A DNA stretch of 64,000 nt from contig OZ024743.1 of assembly GCA_964016885.1 (NCBI GenBank), positions 147,436,001 to 147,500,000 on the forward strand, given 5' to 3'. The translations under genes and the position numbers were made by a program. Below the pieces are notes generated by a model. That model was not told the DNA's origin, did no database searches, and saw only the letters and a program-made list of their open reading frames with translations. Shown in pieces: positions 53,839 through 64,000 of this stretch. This DNA comes from Eledone cirrhosa (Eukaryota). Position 1 is the stretch's first letter. Every line of letters begins with the position of its first letter.

Positions 53839-55275
53839 CACGCACACTCATAAACATTGCATGAATAGCAAGTTAGAAATATAAATGAAAATAAAAGGAC
53901 GCAGGGAAGCTTCTAGAAACAGCAATGAGGTGATGGCAAGTCACAGAAGGAAGCTCTCTTCACATCCTGATATAAATGACACTGCAATTTCAGATCGCAG
54001 CATGGAACTCAACATTCTCTTTCCGTCTTCTCGCATCTCTCACAACTACACACGTAGATATTTATTCCCCATTAAATCCCCGTACACCAACCCCTGGAAA
54101 GTCGTGTCATCGTGTATTATATGATTCGATTCGATTCAGTTCCGTTCTACCTGGCTGCTTTTAGCAAGTTCGTGGATGGGGTGGTGCCTTTTACAGGGAG
54201 CTGCGAGCTAGGTGAAAGAGAGGAAAGCTCCCTTATTTCTTCCTTTCATTCGACGCTAGGTGTAGGAAATAATAAATATCAACAACTTTTAACACAAGCG
54301 GATCAAATTGATTAAACTTCCCGCCTACTCACTAAGCAGTGTGGTGTCTAAATATAGGGGCCATTCTAACCTTAAATCAGTCAACTCCTCATTCACACCT
54401 TCTATATATCTCCCCCCTCACACTTTCTCTTTTTACTACCTCACAATTTATTTTAGCTTCTTCCATTCTGTTTTCACCAGCCTTCCCGTCACCTTCCAAA
54501 CAACTGACATTTCCATTTGAACAATCTTTACCTCTCTGCTATCTGTTAACTGGCAGCTTCTCTCTCTCTCTCTCTCTCCCTCTCTCTCTCTCTAGACGTG
54601 CAAACAGAAAGCTTTTATATGACAGGTTTCTTCAATATGATTATATTCTATTTCATCTTTCGAACAAAAGATGGCATCAGTTTACTGATACGTCTAGACA
54701 AAACTAAATACATACTACTAGATATAGAATGATAAAGAGACTGAGAAGGTGTGCTAACATATATTGAGTTGGAGAATAAATGATAGAGAGAAAAGGAGAG
54801 AGATAGTCAATGACCCAGAAATAAATAAATATCATACATATAGGTAATATATATATGATTGAGTAGGTACGGTAGAGTAAATAGCAACTAAATATCTAAA
54901 TACACCATATCATTTCATCTCTTTGTGTTATTTAGTGTTTAAATTTTATCGAGGACGATAAAATAAATACCAGTTGTATCCTGCTCACTTCACTAGCTTA
55001 TAGAGTTTCCCCCCTTCAAAAATAGTTTTGTATCTTATTTTGAAATTAAATCAATATCAATATATATATATATCAATATCAATATATATATATCAATATC
55101 AATATATATATATATATATACATATGGACACACACACACTCACACACACACATACATACATATATATATATAGTAATAATAATAAATTAGAAGACTAAAA
55201 TCCAAAGAGGGCTCGATAAGGATAAATATATATCAAATATATAAGAACCGTAGAATCTGTTATTTTAATAAATAA

Positions 55276-55306
<31 letters not shown>

Positions 55307-55363
55307 AATTTTGAGTATATGTTGGTTGTATACCAACACCTTGTCTATACCACACTAATTTGG

Positions 55364-55418
55364 ACTGCCTGAAGAGGTCACAGCCAAAGATGGCTGTCAC
55401 TGAAATATATATAGCAGT
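55364..55418 (+). ncRNA. Type I hammerhead ribozyme (family G)
   Basis: actgc-CTGAAGA-ggtc acagcca aaga tggctgt cact-GAAA-tatata-TA-gcagt, then AATAAA and (TA)n. Confidence 0.85.
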
Positions 55419-55463
55419 AATAAACGAAGTTAAATTTGAAACATTTAACTTTTTATTTAACTT

Positions 55464-55508
<45 letters not shown>

Positions 55509-56089
55509 TTGCCTCCTCGTTATCGAGTATGTCCATTGCACGATATACCATTATTAATAATTATTTATTAATTCTATCGTGCAATGCCTGTGCGTGAAGA
55601 TATTTTTTAAAGTGAGGAAAAACTGTGCACTGAGCCAATCCCACTCTCTGAGCGACAGTAGCTATAACCCGAAAAGAAGAAAAGATCAACATCATTGGTA
55701 ATTACTGAGCCGCAGCTTTTATATCGGAGTTATCCCAGTTTCCTAGCGATGTATATATGAATGTGCATATAGTATATTTAATAATATACTGTATGTTTAT
55801 TTAAAAACATGTTGAAGGCCATTCGCTATGAATTTTAAAGTGGCGATTAACACTCACATACATAGTCTCGGCATAAGCCGAGCGGAGTAATCGACAATCA
55901 CCGCTTCTCAGTTGTAAGTGGTTGTCAAGACTACATACCCCCTTCGCTTCCGCCGAGAGTTATAGAAGCTGAGCTGGATTCTTATAAAATTCCAGTTATG
56001 TTTATGAGCTGTTTAAACTCGATACTATAGATGAGGTTTATTGAAAATTACAAGCAGAATGAAAAGCAGCAGCAGCGTAGAAGCTGTAT

Positions 56090-56960
56090 TAAAAGCAATA
56101 TATCATCAGTAGAACAAAATGAAAGAAAAGGTCCTCATAACATCTTTTTAAAGAAAACGGACTCCAGATCGGCAGACATAGATCTGGTTAAAGAAAGGGG
56201 ACCTTAAGAAAGCCACAGATGGAATGCTATTGGCTGCACATCAGCATGCCCTTAGAACGAAGTGGATGAAATACCATATTAAAAGGGGGAGGCTAGTCCA
56301 CTCTGTAGGATATGGGAAGAGAGAGAGGTAACTGTGGTTCACCTCGTATCTGAGTGTCAACATCTATCCCAGACTCACTTTAATGGATGGAGGCATGACA
56401 TCATAGGAAAAGTGGTTAACTGGCATTTATGCAAACTGAACTAATTACATCATTCTGATAAATGGTATGAGGATAAGCCAGAATCAGTGATAGAAAAAGA
56501 CCGGGTGAAGATTCTGAGGGATTTTAGGATAGAAACGGGCAAAGGTTTTTAGGATAGAAACGGGCAAAGGTTTTTAGGATAGAAACCGGCAATAGGTTTG
56601 TCCTGGTGGTTTTTGACAAGGAAAAAAAGGTTTTGCTTGAATATAGATGTATCTTGCCCCTTAGACACAAGAGTCCAGGGAAAGGAGAAGGAGAAAATTA
56701 ACCGGTGCCAATATTTAAATTGGGAACTGAAAAGCATTTGGAACTGTCATGAGATCAAGGTCATTACCATCGTCATAGGAGCACTAGAGCTTCCAAGGCT
56801 GGTTAAAGAACATTTGCCCAGACTCCTTTTTGGAACACTACAAAAGGCATGCCTACTGGGAACAGCAAGGGCTCTCCGATATGTCCTGAATATCTGAGAC
56901 TCACTCTTCTGGTATAATGTCAGTATAATATCTAGCAAAGCAAAAGCGTTATGAATGATG
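56090..56960 (+). mobile_element. Older degenerate R4/Dong-like LINE 3' fragment
   Basis: WLKKGDLKKATDGMLLAA..IDVSCPLDTRVQGKEKEKINRCQYL..LQKACLLGTARALRYVLNI; homologous to 1159-2000. Confidence 0.85.
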
Positions 56961-57416
56961 ATAATAAGAATATGAATGCTAACGACAGCAATAACAACAT
57001 GCTTGCATGTGATTTTGTGTGTGTGTTATTGTGTGTGTTTGCGTGTAAGAGTGTGCATAAGTGTACATATGTGTAATTGTATGCAGCAAGATGTAGTGCA
57101 ACTTCACGTCAAACCCAGCATCGGTAGATATCAGAGTTAATGAGCGAGCCTATTGCATTTTTGCAAAACTTTCGTTATTTAAATCAAAATCACTTCGAAA
57201 ACTTTCTTATACTGCATGATGAACATATAAGGATTTTCTAGTGTTGTCTATCAGATATGCTTTAAAAAGACGAATATAATCAACTCACAGTATATAAATA
57301 TATGAATACATAATGTATACGTCCAGACATGCATACATACATACTATATTCACACACATATATATATAGAGAGAAACACATAGAGAAAGAGGGAGGATAC
57401 ACACACACACACACAT

Positions 57417-57457
<41 letters not shown>

Positions 57458-57458
<1 letters not shown>

Positions 57459-58616
57459 CTGTATATATATATAAAATTAACTATGTATGTGTGTGTGTGT
57501 GTGTGTGACTGTGTATTACCTATAGAGGCCTACATCTTACGACCGATTTTCATGAAACTTTACAGGCTCATAGATTAGTCATCCTTTTTTATATTCCGGG
57601 GTCATTCTGCAGATAAAAATCGATAGCGAGTTGGGGGGGGGGGGGGGGTCACATTTTTTTAGGTATCGAAAAATAAGATTTTTGGCTCTAGCTCCCACAT
57701 TTTGCCACCGATTTCGTTCAGATTTTAAAGCAAAATAGAATTTATCATAGCACATCCTGTACTGTTTTATATTTTGCATTTGTTGTTCAGGGACGGCGTG
57801 GAAGCCACTTAAATATCGCAAAATACCACTTTTAGACTCTAATTTCCACTTCTTCGGCTCTAGCTCCCACATTAATCAACCTACTTTGTTTAAATTTTAC
57901 ACTACGCTAGATCTGATTATTTCACGTTTTAAAGTGGCTTTACATTTTAGATGTTTTGTCCAGGAACGGCGTGGCAGCCGCTTAAATATTCGAAAATACC
58001 ACCTTTTCGGGTCTAGTGCCCACATTTTTCAACCGATTTCGTTCAAATTCGAAACTTCGGCTCCATCTAACACATAAATCAATTTATTTGGTTCAACTTT
58101 TATACTACGATAGAACCTATTATTGCACATCTTATAGTAGCTTTACACTTTGGTTTTTTTGTTCAGGGACGGCGAACTATCACTAGCTTCCACATTTTTC
58201 AACCGATTTCATTCAAATTCGAAACTTCGGCTCTACCTCACAGTTAAATCAATTTAATTGGTTTAACTTTTATACTTCGATTGAATATCATTGCACATCT
58301 TATAGACGGTCAAAGGCAAAATGATGGCCACTGACATCGTCTGAGCTTTTAGTTGTGTATTTGAGAATTCATCGGTTTCCAATCAAGTAGCGTGAGGAAA
58401 TTTGGCTTAGTGTTAGAGGTCATTACCTCCCTCCCCCAGCATGCTCCTTCGCCAGTCACCCGCGTTTCTCAGTAATAGCGGTCATCACCACCCTCCCCCG
58501 CATGGCCCGTGTGTGGCCATAGATGAGTCATCTAGAAGCAGTCGCTAAGATCAACACCTTTTCATCAAAGCAGATATTATTTTACCTACCAAGGCAACGC
58601 TGGGTACTGCTGCTAG
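57458..58616 (+). mobile_element. Probable non-autonomous Helitron
   Basis: TC start, subterminal (TG)n, CCGATTTTCATGAAACT motif, internal ~180-bp repeats, subterminal hairpin (58587-58606) and CTAG end, between A and T in a TA tract. Confidence 0.65.
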
Positions 58617-58643
58617 TATATATATATATATATATAATATATT

Positions 58644-58978
58644 AAGGAAAACTATGAAATGTCGTTTACATGTAATGAGTATTTTATTGTTTATGAACTT
58701 ATGCGCGCTTGACAGAGAATTGGCTGACATTTACCCATAGAATTTATGACAAGACTCCATTATCGATCTGCTCATTCCACAAAAGATTCAAAAGTTGAAC
58801 ATCCGTCAAACACTGCATTTTTGTCGAATCAATAGTCAGACGAGTAGCTCGATAAAGGAGTCATGTCCCTAATTTATATGAGGAACCTAGGGCCAATTCT
58901 CTGCGAAACGCACGTGACAGGTAAATACACATAAAAATAAAAGTCACTAGATTTAAACGAAACTTCATAGTTTTCTTT
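58644..58978. mobile_element. MITE-like element with long imperfect TIRs
   Basis: aaggaaaactatgaaatgtcgtttaca.. versus ..tttaaacgaaacttcatagttttcttt; inner pair gagaattggc/gccaattctc. Confidence 0.6.
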
Positions 58979-59049
58979 CATATATACACTCATCCTGTGC
59001 ATCGAGTACTTCATTTGTTACCACCACCAGGAATTCACTGATTCACAAA

Positions 59050-59133
<84 letters not shown>

Positions 59134-59141
<8 letters not shown>

Positions 59142-59283
59142 ATATAAGATCAAAAGAGTTCCATGTATTTTAACCATCTTTTGATCTTATATATTATTAT
59201 TTATACTCCAGTCCTACAAACTGTAGAGTGCTACTTATCCGATATCTGCATTGCTTTATTGTACTACAATAAAACTCACCTCC

Positions 59284-59288
<5 letters not shown>
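59134..59288 (+). mobile_element. Family C 3'-end fragment with a short 5' inversion
   Basis: Matches 12283-12393. ataatatataagatcaaaaga is inverted at the left end. (TA)n on both flanks. Confidence 0.7.
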
Positions 59289-59366
<78 letters not shown>

Positions 59367-61091
59367 GGTACTCTTATACGTATATGTTTATATAAATGCG
59401 TGATTACTCAGTTTGCGTTTGAATATGAAAACAGCAGTAATGTTTGTTTAGACAGCTCCTGTCGCTCTCATGTTTATTGTAAAGATGTGAAATTATAGGT
59501 TCAAATTCATATAAAGTATATGCTAACATTTGCAACCACTAACCAAATATTCATATTGGCCAGAATGACAAAGGGAAATTTAAACATTGAGTGTCTCACC
59601 TCCTACTAAATATACATAATAGATTCATTCTGAAAATATGTTTGTTGATCTGATCCTTGTGACATTATCTAGTAATTTGACCTTTACATTCGCCAGATGA
59701 TATCGTAAATGAGCAGCTACAAACGTGTTATACACAAATATATACACACGCATACATTTACTCATCGACGGATATATTTTATCTTGGGTACACATATATA
59801 TATTTTTACGTATTTTATATTTTATATAGATTTTAACATGTATTTATCTATTTATTTAATTCGATGTAAAAGCCCTGCTGGGTTTGCAGCTTGTCTTTGG
59901 AATGTCTTCCACCGTTACGCCTGAAGAAAATAGGAATCAGTATTGTTATAATTGTTTTTCTTGTAAAAGGTCACATTTACTAGAGTTATTTCTAGCATTA
60001 TCTCATAACAAAAAAGTGCTTTAGTTGTATTTTTAAACGAAAGACAAACAAAAGACATTTAAACATCTTTCCATTACACTAGGATAGCAACGATTGGTTA
60101 CCCTTAGATATTTTTAATACATATTTTCTGTACAAAGATGTGATTCAATATGGCCACTTTTGTCGTAGTAAGCTAAAAAGCTAAATTAAACATCATTAAC
60201 AAAAGCACCGATAGTAAAATTTGAAGCTCATACTTCCTGGTGTTGCAAGTGTTGTATTCATTGCCTAGCCGTGCGAACATGTAGGGCGCATAGCGGTAAA
60301 CCACAACAATATGAAGTTCAGTGGCATCAGTAAAGAACTCGTGTTTAAGATGATTGCCGACAGCACATCGGCATTGCGGAACTGTAGTGGAAGGTGGCCA
60401 ATTAGCCTTATAATGCAGAGCAGGATGCTCACTTGCTACACATTACTACTCCTTATCAATAGTAAATGTCACTTGAATTCCTTTATCTTAAAAGTAAAAG
60501 TAAAGAAAAAGAAGGAAAGCGACAGAAAACAGTGAAACCATTATTAACAATACCAACCAAAGGAAAAGTCAGGACAACACAAACGGTATCTCCAACGATA
60601 GACAGAATAGAACTAAACGGAATTGCTTGATCCCCGGTGAAATCAACACATGGAAAGATACAGATGTGTACTCTGCTAGAAATGGAGATACTTCGTTTCT
60701 AGGTCATCAGCATCCATATGATAAGTTCATGAGTTGTAAACAGGATTGCGTGTGATATTTTTTGGGGAAAGTTAATATCAGATTTTGGTTTATTATAGAG
60801 TTTAGCTTGCCGTTTCTGGAGTTATATTAGTGTTCTGATCTGTAGGGTATGTGTTTTATCAGTTTTGTTATGTTTTGAATATGTTCGCTACGTCTTTTGT
60901 AACCGGATGTGTGTTGTGTGGCTTTTGTAGTGTTACTATGTTGAGCCAATGTCGAATGTTGACTGTTATTTGTGCTGCAGTGTCGGGTATCGGTTACGTA
61001 AAGGTATACATAGAGCTAAATAATTGGGTATTAGTTTTGTTGAATATACGTTGTGTGAGTTCTGTTATTTTACTAGGCACTTATTGTATAC

Positions 61092-61335
61092 AGTGGTGGT
61101 GCGTGGCTTAGTGGGTAGGGTAAGGTCATGTGTTCGATTCCCAGCGGTTTGTTCGGTCCTATACACTTTATTTCATGTTGCTCCAGTCCACACAGCTGGC
61201 AAAATGGAGTTGTATTTGTAATTCGAAGAGCCAGCCGTTTCCCACTCTGTGTCACACTGAATCTCCCTGAGGCATGTCTGTAGAATGTTCAGCCACTTGC
61301 ACGGTAATTTCTCGAGCCGGCTATTCCGTTAATCT
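61092..61335 (+). mobile_element. Second tRNA-derived SINE family
   Basis: A box TGGCTTAGTGG and B box GTTCGATTCC, followed by a body typical of core-type SINEs (..ttgctccagtccacacagctggcaaaatg..). Confidence 0.65.
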
Positions 61336-62220
61336 AGCTTTCATTTAGCTGCTGCAAATAGATTTCTTTAAAGAGTTACAGAATCGAAAAAATATAGTAG
61401 CAATCATGTGTTGTCAGTTTAATGAATAAACATACAAGTGACGTTGCGCCGATGTAAGAATTCCTGATTGTTTGCATATTCTTCTTGTTATCCTTATTCA
61501 AATAAGGATCATAGATAAGAAAAAAATGTTTACAAACAATAAAACATCTTGTAGGTTGAAAGCTTCGTGGCTAAAAAGAAGTCAAAATATTTATGCATAA
61601 ATCTGATTGAAATAGAACATCTTTAGAATGTGAAGAGAGGTGATGATATTTAGAAGATTTGTTATGTGCACTATGTCATAATTCAAAATGGCAATGAAAT
61701 ATACATACATATATCACTCGTTCGTTCATTACGCATAGACCATACATACATTACGAATATACACAGGAAATACTGAAAGGAATTAAGGATCCAATCCAAA
61801 GTGTCAAACATCATGTTAGTTCGAAGCAAGTGGTGGGGGAATGACCCATTTATATTTCTGCGTGTATATGTGTTTAAGCGAATGTGTGTAATGTGTGTAA
61901 ATTCGATTGTGTGTAAAATACAAATGTATTCGTGTGATTTTGCTTGGTCGTATTTTGACTGGATATATGTTTGTGTGTATTTGTGTGTATTTGTGTAAGG
62001 AATGATCAAGAATGAGAGACATTTCAAGATGATGTTAAACGATAGTAAATAGACACGCAAAGAGGAAAGGAGACACAAAACGAGACAGAAATGTGGAAGA
62101 AAATTACTACTACAACTACTACTACTACTACTACTACTACTATTACTACTACTACTGCTACTACTACTGCTGTTGCTGCTGCTGCTGCTACTACTACTAC
62201 TACTACTACTGCTGCTGTTG

Positions 62221-62280
<60 letters not shown>

Positions 62281-62550
62281 GCAACAACAACAACATTAAC
62301 AACAACAAAAATAATAATAATAATAATAGTTATAGTTTGATCAGCTCGTAGCTTAGTTACATGTGGTTAGGGTTGAAGGTTATGTGTGTCTATCATTGAT
62401 TAGTCTGATTGGAGCAGTTGCCAGTGAATAATATAAAGGAAAAGACTGACTGTCTAACTAGACGGGCAGATACACGAACACACACACACACACACATACA
62501 TACATGCATACATACATATATATATGCATGCATACATACATATATATATG

Positions 62551-62592
<42 letters not shown>

Positions 62593-62616
62593 TGTATGTA
62601 TATATATATATTTATG

Positions 62617-62680
<64 letters not shown>

Positions 62681-63424
62681 TCCTCACACACGCAAGCACA
62701 CACATATGCGTATACATACATATTTGAGGATGTGTGTGTATGTATGGGTATATGTTTCTGTACATATAATTTCGTTGGTTTCAAGAGTAGCAGCATAATA
62801 AATACATTAACCACATGTCCACCCCTTCGTCTTTACTTTTAACAGCTGTAGTGATGATGTTCTGTTAGGGTACATGTTTATGGTTATGGTTTTCTTTTGT
62901 ATACAAATATATCAAGAAAATCACCCTGTATGTTTTAACACTTTGCTGATTAAGAGAAAATATCTTGTGAGTCGAGAACCTACACCTGCTATACATGTTG
63001 CCAGCACTCTATCACACTATCTTTACCACTGTAATCAAAACTTATCGGAACTATTATCATCACCACAACCACTACTTTAAGAGACAAAACTACCAACGAA
63101 GATGTCCGTACGTGGCCGTTCGACCTGATAGAAATAACTGATAAATCTCCATTAAATCACACAAAATCATTCTAGAAAAGGACATGTTGGATAAAGTGGC
63201 CCCGAGTTTCCTGGGCATTGGAAAATGTTGGGAAGGTTACAAATGGTATATATTTGATCAGGGTTTGTCTAGAGCTAAACAACAATAACAACAAGAACGT
63301 CAACAAATGAGGAGATTCTATTGCTCCATTCGACGTGCTAGAAATAACATCTAAAAGCTTTCGACACATAAATTTTGTCCCAAATAAGAATATATTTCTC
63401 ACTCTCTCTCTCTCTGTCTCTCTC

Positions 63425-63473
<49 letters not shown>

Positions 63474-64000
63474 AATCGCCTTCACTCAGTGTACACAATT
63501 ACACACATCCTTATCAGCAACATTACCAACACAATCACAACAACGACAGCTGTAAAATATAACGACCTGCTATACGAGAATATTCACTGTTGTCCAATAA
63601 TTATCCTGAAGAAAGTGGTAAATCATAACTGATGACAGAATAAATTCTGGCTTCTTAGCAGATGACTGTTTTATACAAACGACCCTTGCACTATAAACAA
63701 GGCGTTAGTAATAGGTTGGTAAGGTATCTCTGTGTGTGTGTATCTGATTAGGAAAGTAGAATCATATATACATAATATATGAAACACAGCTATATATATA
63801 TATATATATATACACAGTTACACATATACCCACATATACATATATATTTACTCATACATAACACCAAGAATTTTGTGGTATTATGCTTCAGATTAGATCG
63901 GTCGGAATGTGTTACTCTCAAATTTCTTATTAAATATTTCTGGCAATTTTTTCACTGTATAGTTGAGTTCACTGGAAATTATTTAACCTTAATAAAGCGA

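Noticed and set aside
59915-59975. CTGAAGA motif
   Set aside because: No GAAA or stem I partner found.
63625-63660. CTGATGA followed by hairpin cagaat/attctg
   Set aside because: No GAAA or stem III follows.

Overview
AT-rich, microsatellite-laden metazoan non-coding DNA; the SINEs and repeat landscape suggest a cephalopod such as Octopus (inference). No host protein-coding exon is recognisable, and almost all ORF-track calls are microsatellite artefacts. The window is a mosaic of retroelement relics: Tx1/L1-type, R4/Dong-type RLE LINEs, RTE LINEs and non-autonomous derivatives, and tRNA-derived SINEs including a 6-copy tandem array. It also holds a Tc1/mariner relic, a probable Helitron and a MITE. 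The main hidden signal is a high density of type I hammerhead ribozyme (HHR) motifs, about 15 apparently intact and about 6 damaged, from several unrelated families. They lie in short non-coding Penelope-like/retrozyme-like elements of about 190-600 bp, built as head-to-head fold-backs of circularly permuted tandem units, mostly inserted in or beside (TA)n tracts. One Penelope-like element with a GIY-YIG remnant shows the same architecture. One family uses a U3-A8 variant catalytic core. All RNA folds were derived by eye.
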